64,000 bases of DNA from Candidatus Bathyarchaeota archaeon. Its GTDB lineage: Archaea > Thermoproteota > Bathyarchaeia > 40CM-2-53-6. Shown here piece by piece: positions 28,800 to 39,879 of the stretch (within the stretch, counting starts at the first letter, position 1; every line of letters begins with the position of its first letter). The stretch is taken from NCBI GenBank assembly GCA_963726255.1, contig CAVSBL010000002.1, positions 1,792,001 through 1,856,000 on the forward strand, read 5' to 3'. Position numbers and translations under genes: made by a program. Below the pieces are notes generated by a model, which was not told where the DNA came from, did no database searches, and saw nothing but the letters and a program-made list of their open reading frames with translations.

Positions 28800-29915
28800 T
28801 TGAAGTCGATACCGCACGTCAAGGTTTTGGATCTGGAAGGGCCCCCACGGGAACGGGGTCAGGTTTACGGTGAGACTCTCAAACCAATGATCTTGCAGGC
28901 TATCGAGGCGTGGAAAGCAAACTTGCGAAAAGCTGTGGGAACGGACCCGGATCACTATATCGAACGCTTCCTCGCGGAAGCTGATCTAGTCGCCGCGGTA
29001 AGAACCTGGACTCCGCATCTGTTGGATGAAGTGAATGGCATAGGCGAAGGCGCTGGTGTAGATTTTAACAGTATTTTTGCGTATCAGTGTCCAGATGAGG
29101 AATGGTGGTATCGGATATTTGAGAGGGGTCTCGGCTTAGAATCACTTATCCATAGCCATTGCAGCGTGCTTGGATGCTTCAAAGAAGATGGGGCTCCCAC
29201 CCTGTTAAGCCAGAATATGGATCTGCCTAACCTGTATGATGGGTATCAAGTTCTTCTGCACATTAGGGATTGGAAATCGTCGGCAGAATCTTATGTTTTT
29301 GCAGTTGCAGGAATCATGGCGCTTTGTGGTTTGAACAGTCAGCCAATCGGTATATGCGTCAATACTGTACTCGATCTGAACCATGTTAAGGGCGGCTTAC
29401 CAGTAGCTTTCATAGTTCGTCGGCTTTTGGAGTGTTCAACCCTGGATGAGGCCATGAACTTCATTATGAAGATTAAACATGCTTCTGGCCAGAACTACAT
29501 GATCGCGGACGCGGAGAGAGTTGTTGATTTTGAATGTTCAGGCAACAAGGTCTGCGAATTCGAACCTTACAAGGGAGCCCATAGGCTTTATCACACAAAC
29601 CACGCGCTCGCAAATGACGATCAACGTGCCTCCGCCGCACAAGTGGTCGAAGAGAAGGAACCATTAACCCGCAGCAAAGCAAGGTTCAGTTTTCTTGAAA
29701 GGGAGCTTAGTGACCGATCCAAGAGCATTGACGTGAAGACAATCCAGTCTATCTTAACTTCTCATGAAGTACCTGTCTGCATTCACGATAACCATGACTC
29801 CAATGGCGTTCACACGTGCGGGTCTCTGGTAATGTCCTTATCCAGTACACCGGAACTACAGCTTGCCGTACAGCCCCCATGCTCTAGAGGATATGAAACG
29901 TTTCGTTTCTCCTAA
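28800..29915 (+). CDS. C45 family Ntn peptidase/acyltransferase
   Basis: 'G.PRERG..YG', 'E..GI.EGAG', nucleophile 'H|CS', 'QNMD', 'GLNS', 'HTNH'. Confidence 0.85.
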   Translation: MKSIPHVKVLDLEGPPRERGQVYGETLKPMILQAIEAWKANLRKAVGTDPDHYIERFLAEADLVAAVRTWTPHLLDEVNGIGEGAGVDFNSIFAYQCPDEEWWYRIFERGLGLESLIHSHCSVLGCFKEDGAPTLLSQNMDLPNLYDGYQVLLHIRDWKSSAESYVFAVAGIMALCGLNSQPIGICVNTVLDLNHVKGGLPVAFIVRRLLECSTLDEAMNFIMKIKHASGQNYMIADAERVVDFECSGNKVCEFEPYKGAHRLYHTNHALANDDQRASAAQVVEEKEPLTRSKARFSFLERELSDRSKSIDVKTIQSILTSHEVPVCIHDNHDSNGVHTCGSLVMSLSSTPELQLAVQPPCSRGYETFRFS

Positions 29916-30010
29916 AGCTCCAACGCGCCAATCCAAATCGCTCCTCAACGCATTTTTAGAGGCTTTGGGCTTGGTGATCCAATTTCGTATACTCCGTTCG
30001 GCTGCAACGC

Positions 30011-31411
30011 TCACAGGGATGGTCTTCGGTTACGAAGTTCGGGGGTGGCTTTCTCAAGAGCAAAGGCCAATTTGAGAAGTTTAGCTTCGCACAGTCTTGG
30101 TGCCATCAGTTGGACGCTGAGCGGTAACCCCTCAACTGAATAGCCATATGGAAGAGTTATAGCCGGTATTCCCGTAATATTTCCTAGCAGCGTAAATCGT
30201 ACGCAACAAGACCTGATGTCCATCCGCTTTGAACCAACTGTGACCTCTTCTTCACCAATTCTGGGCGCAGAGATCTGTACTGAAGGCGTGACCAGAAAGT
30301 CTGCACTTTGGAAGAGAATCTCGACCTCTCGGCGTATAACTTCACGACCTCTCAAAGCCGCGATGTACTCCGATCCTGTGATTTTCTGGCCTGTTCTGAA
30401 ACGATTGATTACATTGGCACCGTATTTGTCGGAGTGTTCTTTCAGTAGCTCTGAGTGTTGGGCAGCAGCTTCAGCCAAGAGTAGTTTCGTCGCGGTAGGT
30501 TCAATCAGACCAGCTGTCTCAAAGCTCCTTTCAACGATCTCTCCTCCCAGATGCTCAATTCTTGAAACAGCGTCTTTGTAGGCTGCTTCAACTTGAGAAT
30601 CCATAAATTCCGGAATCAAATCTGGACATGTCGCAATGCTAGTTCCCTCGATCGAGTCGCCGATTTCTTGTGAGAAAATGGGGGGCGGAGTCATAAGACT
30701 TCTTGGGTCAGCCTCATCAAATCCCGCTAATGTTTGCAGCATGATCGCGCTGTCGGTAACAGATGACGTTATGGGTCCAACGTGATCCATTCCGATAGCA
30801 AGTGGAAAAACACCTGCAGTGCTTACTCTGCCATATGTTGGTTTCAGACCTACGACACCACAGAAAGCCGAAGGGATCCTGATAGAGCCGCCTGTGTCGG
30901 TTCCCACAGCGGCGGCACACAAGAAGGCGGCAACAGCCGCCGCCGACCCGCCGCTGGAACCTCCCGGTATCCGATCCAGTGCCCAAGGATTTCTAGTCGT
31001 TCCATAATGCAAGTTATTGGTTGTAACGCCCAGCGCGAATTCAGCCGTATTTGTCTTGCCGAGAATTATCGCACCGGCTTGATTCAGGCGCAACACAATA
31101 GTGGCGTCTCTCTGCGGAACATTGTTTCGGAAAATCGCCGAGCCATACGTCGTTCTGATTCCCGAAGTATCTACAATGTCCTTCACACCTATCGGGATAC
31201 CGTGAAGCGGTCCCCTATACTTGCCTGCTCGGATTTCATCTTCAGCTATTTTCGCTGCACGCCGAGCGGCTTCGGCAGAGATTGTCACGAACGCATTCAA
31301 CTTCGTATTGATTTTGGCTATTCTGTCAATGCAATACTCAACAGCCTCGACTGGCGATATGTCGCCTTTTTCAAGAAGGTCTGCAAGTTGAGCTATTCCA
31401 AGAGACATCAT
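30011..31411 (-). CDS. Amidase signature family enzyme
   Basis: 'PLHGIPIGVKD', GGSSGGSAAA, GTDTGGSIRIP. Confidence 0.92.
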   Translation of the reverse strand: MMSLGIAQLADLLEKGDISPVEAVEYCIDRIAKINTKLNAFVTISAEAARRAAKIAEDEIRAGKYRGPLHGIPIGVKDIVDTSGIRTTYGSAIFRNNVPQRDATIVLRLNQAGAIILGKTNTAEFALGVTTNNLHYGTTRNPWALDRIPGGSSGGSAAAVAAFLCAAAVGTDTGGSIRIPSAFCGVVGLKPTYGRVSTAGVFPLAIGMDHVGPITSSVTDSAIMLQTLAGFDEADPRSLMTPPPIFSQEIGDSIEGTSIATCPDLIPEFMDSQVEAAYKDAVSRIEHLGGEIVERSFETAGLIEPTATKLLLAEAAAQHSELLKEHSDKYGANVINRFRTGQKITGSEYIAALRGREVIRREVEILFQSADFLVTPSVQISAPRIGEEEVTVGSKRMDIRSCCVRFTLLGNITGIPAITLPYGYSVEGLPLSVQLMAPRLCEAKLLKLAFALEKATPELRNRRPSL

Positions 31412-31617
31412 ATGCGTAACCTACAGATGGCACACAGGATCGCGATTTGAAGTTGTTTGAAAGACAAAAGTGTCGTACAGCGCAGTGCATGATTCGAGAC
31501 TAAGAGCCCGCGAAACCTGTTCACTAACTCCTCACATCCCTCAAGAGCTACGTCCGCATAGCTCTCGACAAGCTCGACTGCCTCGTTCAATAATCGTACA
31601 GCAAAGATAAATCCCAT

Positions 31618-32676
31618 ATGCCTCAAGCCCAACAAGGGGGTTTGTTGACTCTCCGCAGCTACGTTGTGGCACGCGTGCTATTGACGGTACCAATGGTTTT
31701 GTTGCTTCTAACGCTCGTATTCATCATTCTAAGAGTGATACCCGGCGATCCTGTCCTTCTGCATTTTGAAAAGTCTGCGAGTCCAGCGGCCATGGACGCG
31801 ATGAGGCATGAACTGGGAACTGACAAGCCTCTGATCAACCAGTACATTGACTATGTCTGGGGACTGCTTCACGGGGACATGGGAAAGTCCATGATAGATT
31901 ACTCTCCGGTGTCGCAACAGGTTATGTCCGCTTTTCCAGCCACATTGGAACTAGCAATATACTCGACGGTTTTTGCAGTCGTGTTAGGCATATTATTGGG
32001 CGTGCAATCGTCACGAAGATTCCATTCCGCTCAAGACCACGGCATACGGACATTTGGAACTATTACTTACTCCCTGCCAGTGTTCTTCTTGGGTATGGTC
32101 TTGCAGCTCACGCTAGCAGTAGGTCTTCATCTCTTCCCAACGGGCGGCCGTATAGCTATTGGGATGGAGCCGGTGGGCCTCACTATCGGCAGCTTCCGCA
32201 TCGCGACTGGACTCTTTACGGTTGACACGTTACTGGAAGGGAACCTAGTGAAATTCGTCAGTGCGCTTCGTTATCTGTTCTTGCCCACCATTAGTCTTGG
32301 CTTGGTAATATGCGGGACCTTCATTCGAATGACGAGAAGCAACATGCTTGAGACCCTGAGAATGGATTTCGTTACAGCGGCCAAGGCTCGCGGTCTTCCT
32401 AATCGTGTTATAACGTACACCTACGCTCTGAAAAATGCATTCCTGCCAATCCTAACGATGATAGGGCTGCAGTTTGCAGCATTACTCGCTGGAGCGGTTC
32501 TGACCGAGACAACCTTCTCATGGCCTGGTTTGGGGAGTTATCTTGTGGGGCGCATCGGTTTCAGAGATTACACTGCCATTCAAGGTGCAGTAGTCTTCTT
32601 CGGCTTGCTTGTGACGCTCGTGAGTTTGGTCGTCGACTTGCTCTACGCGTATCTCGACCCTCGAGTGAGGCTTTAA
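31618..32676 (+). CDS. Peptide ABC transporter permease (DppB-like)
   Basis: 'PGDPV', 'FPATLEL', 'TAAKARGL', 'TETTFSWPGLG', 'YAYLDPRVR'. Confidence 0.93.
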   Translation: MPQAQQGGLLTLRSYVVARVLLTVPMVLLLLTLVFIILRVIPGDPVLLHFEKSASPAAMDAMRHELGTDKPLINQYIDYVWGLLHGDMGKSMIDYSPVSQQVMSAFPATLELAIYSTVFAVVLGILLGVQSSRRFHSAQDHGIRTFGTITYSLPVFFLGMVLQLTLAVGLHLFPTGGRIAIGMEPVGLTIGSFRIATGLFTVDTLLEGNLVKFVSALRYLFLPTISLGLVICGTFIRMTRSNMLETLRMDFVTAAKARGLPNRVITYTYALKNAFLPILTMIGLQFAALLAGAVLTETTFSWPGLGSYLVGRIGFRDYTAIQGAVVFFGLLVTLVSLVVDLLYAYLDPRVRL

Positions 32677-32682
32677 GCTGCC

Positions 32683-33576
32683 TTGAAAAAGCCTGGTCAA
32701 CGAGCTAGAAACGTGCTAACCTTGCGCAAGCCGAGGTTAGAGTTTCTTGCCACAGGTGGGGCTAGTGCATGGATGGTGGTGATCGGAGGTATCACAGTCC
32801 TGGCTGTGGTCATGATGACAATTTTATCACCGTACATTTCTCCATTTAATCCCAGCGCTATCAACGCAGGGCCACTACTGCAACCACCGAACAGCAGGTT
32901 CCTCCTTGGAACTAATCACTTGGGGGAAGACATGTTGAGTCGAGTATTATGGGGCGGATGGGTGATGCTTCAAGTCGCCATTCTGTCGGTGGTCATCTGC
33001 TCAATAATAGGTGTCACAATCGGGTTAGTGGGTGCCTATGCCGGTGGATTTGTGGATAAAATTTCCAGCTTGGTAATGGATAGCATTTACGCCTTTCCGG
33101 GATTGGTGCTTGCCATCGCAATTTCTGCTATGCTTGGCCCAGGGGTGATCAACATGGCACTCGCGATCGCAGTCGTTTATATTCCCTCGTATTTCAGGGT
33201 CGTGAGAAGCCAAGTCCTAACAGTGAAGGAACTAACCTACGTGGAGGCAGCAAGGGCACTTGGGGCCAAGTCTCGAAGGATCCTAACGCGATATATACTT
33301 CCCAACTTGCTTCCCTCTGTAGTTGTCGTTGTCACCCTGAACTTTGCAGATGCCATCCTGACTGCAGCAGGTCTGACCTTCTTGGGACTTGGCGTGCCAG
33401 TATCAACAGCGGATTGGGGGTGGGATCTCACATACGGCCGACAACTCCTGTTTAGTGGGGCTTGGTGGGTTATAGGATTCCCAGGTCTCATGATAGTTGT
33501 GACCGTGTGGGGCTTCACTATTATGGGTGAAGGTTTGAGTGAGTTGCTGAATCCGAAGCTTAGAGAAATAGCGTGA
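32683..33576 (+). CDS. Peptide ABC transporter permease (DppC-like)
   Basis: 'LGTNHLG.D.LSR', EAA loop 'YVEAARALGA', 'LTFLGLG'. Confidence 0.93.
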   Translation: MKKPGQRARNVLTLRKPRLEFLATGGASAWMVVIGGITVLAVVMMTILSPYISPFNPSAINAGPLLQPPNSRFLLGTNHLGEDMLSRVLWGGWVMLQVAILSVVICSIIGVTIGLVGAYAGGFVDKISSLVMDSIYAFPGLVLAIAISAMLGPGVINMALAIAVVYIPSYFRVVRSQVLTVKELTYVEAARALGAKSRRILTRYILPNLLPSVVVVVTLNFADAILTAAGLTFLGLGVPVSTADWGWDLTYGRQLLFSGAWWVIGFPGLMIVVTVWGFTIMGEGLSELLNPKLREIA

Positions 33577-34537
33577 GCAAGATGGTTGAGCCTTTGCTTA
33601 CCGTGCGGGAGCTCAGTGTCGAATATGCAAGCAAGCGAGGACAAGTTAAGGCGGTTACTGACGTAAGTCTATTCCTAGATAAGGGATCAACTCTCGGAAT
33701 TGTTGGAGAATCCGGAAGCGGAAAGTCAACGCTCGGTTTCGCAATTCTTAACCTTGTACCTTCGCCAGGGAGAGTTGTTGCAGGCAATATTATGTTTGAG
33801 CATACTGACATCCTAAAGCAAAATGAGGATGATATGCGTCGCATTCGCGGTGCCGAAATCTCTATGATCTTTCAAGACCCGTTGACCTCATTGAATCCCT
33901 TGCTGAAGATCCGCGATCATTTCACCGAACTATTTCGGGTACATAGCTCTACAAACCATGAGGATTCAATCTCAAGAGCAGGTCAACTGCTGGACGACCT
34001 AGGCATTGCGCCGAACGTTTGAGCGACTATCCTCATCAGTTCAGCGGAGGAATGAGACAAAGGGTTATGATAGGCTTGGCGCTGGCTTTGAATCCGAAGC
34101 TGGTGATCGCCGACGAGCCGACAACCGCTCTCGATGTAATCGTAGAAGCGCAGATACTGGAGCTCATGAAGAAATTGAAAGACGCCTATGGATTAACTCT
34201 CATACTGGTCACTCATAACATAGGCATTGTTGCAGAAATGGCTGACAGGATAGCTGTAATGTATGCCGGACGGATCATTGAGATGGGCCCAACAAACGAT
34301 ATATTTGCCGACCCACTCCACCCATATACGAAGGGTCTCCTAGAGTCAGCGCCGAACATTCTCCATCCCGAAAGATCCATGCGCCCAATACCCGGATCAC
34401 CGCCGGATCTCATTACGCTGCCCACTGGATGCAAGTTTCACCCTCGATGTCCAAGAGTCTTCGAGACCTGTCGGATGTCTGACCCTCTGACGGTCGAATG
34501 CAAACGTCGCCTTGTCGCATGCCATCTGTACACCTAG
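33573..34537 (+). CDS. Peptide ABC transporter ATPase (DppD-like), frameshift at about 34012
   Basis: GESGSGKS in the first frame; YPHQFSGGMRQR and DEPTTALD in the second. One extra base after CC at 34011-34012 gives GIAPERLSDY. Confidence 0.9.
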
Positions 34538-34551
34538 GAGCCTGATCTATC

Positions 34552-35538
34552 TTGCCTTTCGTGGAAGTCACTGGGCTACGCAAGTACTTCCCCGTGCAGA
34601 AGGGCTTCCTTGAGAACGCACTATCGAGAAAGCACGAATTTGTTCGAGCGGTCGACGACATTGAGTTCAGTGTTGAAAAAGGGGAGACATTCGGATTAGT
34701 CGGTGAGAGCGGTAGTGGTAAGACTACGACAGGTCGGTTGCTGCTCAGATTAATAGAGGCGACGTCTGGAAAAATAATCATTGATGGCAAGGACATCGTT
34801 AAGGCACACCCGAACGAATTGCGAGATTTTCGACGACAAGCACAGATGATCTTTCAAGATCCCACGGCTGCGCTCAGTCCACGTATGACTGTGGGGGAAG
34901 CGATCAAGGACGCACTGGACATTCACCAAATTGGCCCAAGCAACGCCAGAAAAGAAACAGTTCTGCAGATTTTAGGACGGGTCGGCCTGACTCCCCCGGA
35001 ACTATTCTATGACAAATATCCGCATCAGTTGAGCGGCGGTCAACGTCAGAGGGCAGTGATAGGGAGGACTATGATACTGGAACCGCACCTAATCGTAGCG
35101 GACGAACCCGTCGCGATGGTCGACGTGTCTGTTCGAGCACAGATCCTTGATCTTCTCTCGTCACTCAAGAAAGACTTGGGGCTCACCTACGTTTTCATTA
35201 CACACGATCTTGCCACTGCAAATTACTTCTGCGATCGCATAGCGATAATGTACCTTGGCAGAATAGTTGAAGTCGGTCTACGAGATGAAGTGTTCAATTC
35301 TCCCAAGCACCCGTACGCGGTCGCTCTCATGTCCGCGATACCAGTGCCCGATCCTCAACATAAGCGTCAGCGGATGGTCCCACGAGGAGAGATTCCGAGC
35401 CCCATCAATCCACCGTCAGGATGCCGATTCCATCCGCGCTGCCCGAAGGCCTTTGGTCCCTGTGCGACAAAAGACCCCGCAATGATCGAAATAAATAGGA
35501 CACATCGCGTCGCCTGCCACCTCTTCGACGCGGAATAG
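34552..35538 (+). CDS. Peptide ABC transporter ATPase (DppF-like)
   Basis: GESGSGKT, LSGGQRQR, DEPV, 'PPSGCRFHPRCP'. Confidence 0.95.
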   Translation: MPFVEVTGLRKYFPVQKGFLENALSRKHEFVRAVDDIEFSVEKGETFGLVGESGSGKTTTGRLLLRLIEATSGKIIIDGKDIVKAHPNELRDFRRQAQMIFQDPTAALSPRMTVGEAIKDALDIHQIGPSNARKETVLQILGRVGLTPPELFYDKYPHQLSGGQRQRAVIGRTMILEPHLIVADEPVAMVDVSVRAQILDLLSSLKKDLGLTYVFITHDLATANYFCDRIAIMYLGRIVEVGLRDEVFNSPKHPYAVALMSAIPVPDPQHKRQRMVPRGEIPSPINPPSGCRFHPRCPKAFGPCATKDPAMIEINRTHRVACHLFDAE

Positions 35539-35751
35539 CCGCCGCTGGAACCTAACGCTTCATACTTGAAGAACAGTCCGGAAAAATGTCATTAGGCTTC
35601 AGTGCAGCCTCCTGAGTTTAATGGCTGCGTGCAACTATTGGGTTGAAATTCTGGACATCGTGCAGCCATCGTAGTGCTAGTATGTTTTCTCAATACCAAA
35701 TCGTTAAAGCCATGGACCTCTCAGCAGGTCGGCACAAGGAGACGGGAAGTT

Positions 35752-37515
35752 TTGTCATCTAAAGCAATTACACGTGCAAACGCGGCTATCATCATCGTAG
35801 TGGTCCTAGTGGCAATTGCGGCCGGAGCATATATTCTAGGCACGCCTCAACCAACGTCACCTTCAACGACCCAAGCAACTACGGCAGTCCCCGCGTTCAA
35901 GGACACCTTGATCGTGGGAACGACAGACTCGGTTGGTTCAACTATTGACCCGGCTGATGCTTACGACAATCTTGGCTGGACAATCATAATGAATACAGGC
36001 AGTCCGCTGGTTGCGGTCAGGCCAGGATCAATCGGTGGCCCAAGTGATGTTTTGCCAGCACTTGCAACGAGCTGGTCGGTCAGTCCTGACGGGCTCGCTT
36101 ATACGTTCAACCTGAGGCAAGGTGTCAAATTCGATGATGGAAGAGAGTTCAATGCAACCGATGTTGTGTACACCTTTGATCGAAACGTATGGGTACTCGC
36201 CCTTCCGGATGGACCACAAATCTCGATAGGATACAATACAATTATAAAAAGCGTCAACGCCACATCAACATACCAAGTGGTTTTCCACCTCTTCCAGCCC
36301 TTCGCCCCATTCCTTTCGCTGATGGCAACCTCTGGGGGCTCCTATATCGTGAACTACAAGTACGCGCCAATTGACAAGAGAGTTGACTATGTCGATGGGA
36401 ATGTGCGTGCAAGCAGTCCGAATGATCTAGGTCCATACGTCCTGAGCAAATGGGTAAGAATCGCCGGGAAAGACCGCGAACTCGATCTGGACGTAAATCC
36501 GAACTACTGGAACCTGAGTAACGGATACCCAAGGACACCCCACATCATATTCAAAATGTACTCCGACCCAACCGCATTGGCCCTTGCCATTCAAGCAGGA
36601 GAGGTTGACATGGCGTTTAGACAGTTACGCACCACAGATATCAAACAGATGATGTCCAACGACCAACTAAAGATCTGGTCGGGGGTTGGAACTCAGAGCT
36701 GGGTTTTCAATATGTACCTCCAAGAAAAGAAGCCACCACTTGACAACCCAGACATTAGAAGAGCAATTGCCGCGTCGATAGATAGGCCGACCATCGCCAG
36801 CACTGTATTCGGAGGCCTAGTGAGTCCACTCTACAGTGAAATACCTCCAGGGCTGGCGGGGCATATCGATGCTTTCAAGACACTGGGAGACGCCAACTAC
36901 ACATACACTCGAAGTGTGCTCGCGAAGTACGGTTACAACGAGAACAACAAGCTGGTTGTTGAGTTCTGGTACGAATCATCAAGCCATTATCAACAGAGCC
37001 CAGACCTGGCTGCCGTAATCAAGAGTTCCTTGGAAGGGAGCGGTGTCATTCAAGTGAATTTGAAGAGCACTGACTGGCCTACCTTCAGACAGAACTACAA
37101 GAACAGAGTCATGCAACTATACTACATGGGCTGGTTCCCAGACTATGTAGATCCGGACGACTACACCTATCCAATGTACAACTCTGCCGCAAACGGTTGG
37201 TCTGCTACAGATTACAAGAATCCTCAGATGGACGCCCTCACCGATCAGGCAAGGGCCACGACTGACCCTGCAACCAGAGACCAGTTGTACGCACAGATAC
37301 AGATGCTTGGCGTTCAGGATTGCCCCATCATTCCACTGTTTACGTGGTCTCCGGCGGCGGTTACCAAGACAAGTGTTGGAGGCGTTATCATTGACGCCAC
37401 GTCGATCATGAGGTACTGGCTAATCTACGTGGTCGCGTCAGGATCAGCACCTGCTTCGTCGCAGATCCAGAGCTATTGGATGCTAGCGGTGATACTTGGA
37501 CGGTTTAGGGCATAG
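35752..37515 (+). CDS. Peptide ABC transporter substrate-binding protein (family 5)
   Basis: N-terminal TM helix, 'IDPADAYD', 'LATSWSVSPDG..YTFNLRQGVKF.DG', 'GWFPDYVDPD'. TTG 35752 assumed as start. Confidence 0.92.
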   Translation: MSSKAITRANAAIIIVVVLVAIAAGAYILGTPQPTSPSTTQATTAVPAFKDTLIVGTTDSVGSTIDPADAYDNLGWTIIMNTGSPLVAVRPGSIGGPSDVLPALATSWSVSPDGLAYTFNLRQGVKFDDGREFNATDVVYTFDRNVWVLALPDGPQISIGYNTIIKSVNATSTYQVVFHLFQPFAPFLSLMATSGGSYIVNYKYAPIDKRVDYVDGNVRASSPNDLGPYVLSKWVRIAGKDRELDLDVNPNYWNLSNGYPRTPHIIFKMYSDPTALALAIQAGEVDMAFRQLRTTDIKQMMSNDQLKIWSGVGTQSWVFNMYLQEKKPPLDNPDIRRAIAASIDRPTIASTVFGGLVSPLYSEIPPGLAGHIDAFKTLGDANYTYTRSVLAKYGYNENNKLVVEFWYESSSHYQQSPDLAAVIKSSLEGSGVIQVNLKSTDWPTFRQNYKNRVMQLYYMGWFPDYVDPDDYTYPMYNSAANGWSATDYKNPQMDALTDQARATTDPATRDQLYAQIQMLGVQDCPIIPLFTWSPAAVTKTSVGGVIIDATSIMRYWLIYVVASGSAPASSQIQSYWMLAVILGRFRA

Positions 37516-37616
37516 GAGTAAGAACTCAAACGCCCTCCCCTTTCTTTCTATTACCTGTGAAAATTACAGGAAAGCTGTTTGCGCAATATCTGTGTAAACT
37601 GAGGAAACCTAATTCC

Positions 37617-39566
37617 TCAAGGGAAGATTCTTTGCTGCCTCAAGTTCTCAATCTCGATTGATTGTATTGAATCAGGCAAGTTGAGTCCGAATATCGTTGA
37701 GTAGAAGTATAGCTCTGCCTCCAGAGCTCGTTTGATGTTTTCTTTGCAGCGGAAACCGTGTTGTTCTTCTTGAAATGGGACGTACGCAAATGGTAATTGT
37801 TTCTCGCGCAGCGCTTTCACCATCAACTCGGCTTGCTCTGGTGGAACAATCTTGTCCTCGAGTCCCTGCAATAGTATCATAGCGCATGAGACGCGATCTG
37901 CGAAGTGGACTGGCGAGCGTTCCCAATATAGCTCGCGCTTCTCGGGGTACGGGCCTAGGAGTTTCCTATTGTAATGCGACTCGAACTTGTGAGTCGTTTT
38001 GTCGAACGCTTCAAGGTCACTTATCCCGTAATAGCTAGCACCCGCCTTGAAGACACTCTTGAACGTGAGGGCACATAGCGTCGTATAGCCTCCGGCACTA
38101 CGCCCACGAATTAGCAGCCTATTACCATCAACCTCGCCACGTCTGACAAGGTACAAGGCACCGTTCACACAATCATCAACGTCCACGAGACCCCATTTTC
38201 CGTACAATCGTTCTCGATAAGCCCGTCCGTAACCCGTGCTGCCCCCGTAGTTCACGTCGAGCAATGCGAAACCTCTACTCGTCCAGTATTGAATGGCTAG
38301 GTCCAAGGTTGTCTGAGTTGAGTTCGTAGGCCCACCGTGAGCGACCACAATCAGAGGGGGCAACTCATTGGGCGGTGCCGCAAAGTCACAATTGTAGGGG
38401 GCGTAAAAGAAAGCGTAAGCCGTATTGCCATCCGACGTTGGAAACTCAATGGGTCGCGGAGTTGACACATATCCAGAATCAATCACGAAATCTTGGGGAG
38501 GGTATACAGGTTTGATCTCTCCCGTCGCAAAGTCTAGTTGAACAATAGCTCGTTCCTTGGTCTGTGAACCCGCCACGAACACCGCACGACCAGGTGCCGC
38601 ACGAACGTAACTTATCTCAGAGTAAGGCTTCCCGACTGTTCGGAGGTCACGACTCGCAGTATCCAATTCTGCCAACTGCCAGTTCCCGTGCAACGAGTAA
38701 GCGCAAACGATTCGCTGTGCCGACTCGAACGCGAATGAAGACAATCCGAACGTCCAATGAGGTCTTCCAAATTCGGCAGTCATATCACACATAGGCTCTA
38801 TTCGTTTCTCGCGCCATCGGTACAGATTCCACCATCCAGTGCGGTCAGAGACGAAGTGCAGCATACCATCGGGTGACCACTCAGGCTGCAAAACGGATTC
38901 TTCAACTCCGCCTGCGACTCGTTCACTCCGACCAAGGGAACCATTGGCTCTCAACTCACCAACCCATAGTTCAGTCCCATCCCACGGCATATTGGGATGG
39001 TTCCACGTTAACCAGGCAAGGTGAGATCCATTGGGGCTAAGGCGAGGAGACGAGTAGAAGTCGTTCCCAGACACAACCACATCGACCCCCTCATGGCCCT
39101 CCGTGTCGATGCTAACTATGGTATTGACGGGTTCGCCCGACGCAACGGTGTGATCCTCTCGAACGCTTATCAGGCGACCTCTCCCTCGATCGATGGCTCC
39201 ATCAGCATATCGCATGGCCGCTTCAGCAGTAATGGGGAGCGGCACAAGGCCGGGCTCCTTCCGGTAGATTTGCTGATTAGCGAAGTTTGAAAAATATACT
39301 GTCCCGTCAGCGACGACAAAGGAGCCTCCCCCATACTCATGCACCAGCGTTCTAGCATTGAAGGGTGCCGATACTACTTCCGTTACCTGCCCATCAGCTT
39401 CCCTGCACATTATGGTGTAGCGTCCTTTTTCCTCTGGACGCAACTCTCTCCAGTACAGGTGAACTCCATCAAGTGTTATTTCCGCAAGCTCCATAGGAGA
39501 AGCTGCTAAATCCGAGGTGATTGGTGATTTCCATGAACCGAACGGCTTCATCATTCGCTCACGCAT
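37617..39566 (-). CDS. S9 family (prolyl oligopeptidase/acylpeptide hydrolase) peptidase
   Basis: 'PFGSWKSPIT', 'HGGPT', 'NYGGSTGYGR', GRSAGG nucleophile, 'ED.IVP', 'EQHGF'. Confidence 0.93.
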   Translation of the reverse strand: MRERMMKPFGSWKSPITSDLAASPMELAEITLDGVHLYWRELRPEEKGRYTIMCREADGQVTEVVSAPFNARTLVHEYGGGSFVVADGTVYFSNFANQQIYRKEPGLVPLPITAEAAMRYADGAIDRGRGRLISVREDHTVASGEPVNTIVSIDTEGHEGVDVVVSGNDFYSSPRLSPNGSHLAWLTWNHPNMPWDGTELWVGELRANGSLGRSERVAGGVEESVLQPEWSPDGMLHFVSDRTGWWNLYRWREKRIEPMCDMTAEFGRPHWTFGLSSFAFESAQRIVCAYSLHGNWQLAELDTASRDLRTVGKPYSEISYVRAAPGRAVFVAGSQTKERAIVQLDFATGEIKPVYPPQDFVIDSGYVSTPRPIEFPTSDGNTAYAFFYAPYNCDFAAPPNELPPLIVVAHGGPTNSTQTTLDLAIQYWTSRGFALLDVNYGGSTGYGRAYRERLYGKWGLVDVDDCVNGALYLVRRGEVDGNRLLIRGRSAGGYTTLCALTFKSVFKAGASYYGISDLEAFDKTTHKFESHYNRKLLGPYPEKRELYWERSPVHFADRVSCAMILLQGLEDKIVPPEQAELMVKALREKQLPFAYVPFQEEQHGFRCKENIKRALEAELYFYSTIFGLNLPDSIQSIEIENLRQQRIFP

Positions 39567-39879
39567 CGTGAATCAATCGAGGATGATGGCTCCCATAAAA
39601 ATGGCTCCGAGACGTCGCTCCCTAAAACTTTGGTAAATACTGTACTCTTCAACGCAGAATATCAAGAGCCAATTCCAGGATTTGACGGCCAAGACCACAT
39701 CTAGACCTAGACGCTGTCCCTAAGAGGATCGGTTAACCGCTTTCTCGTCACAAGTCAATTTCGTTTTGTGTGTGACCCGCTCAAATTGAATTGACCCTTT
39801 GCGATGATGAAGAAATTTCCGACCACGAAATAGCACAAATACCAATCGGATGTAGTTTGATGGTGGAAAGTGAGCTAGA

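Noticed and set aside
34005-34022. Programmed frameshift or pseudogenisation of dppD
   Set aside because: One missing base in a CC run restores the frame and the rest of the operon is intact; likely a homopolymer error.
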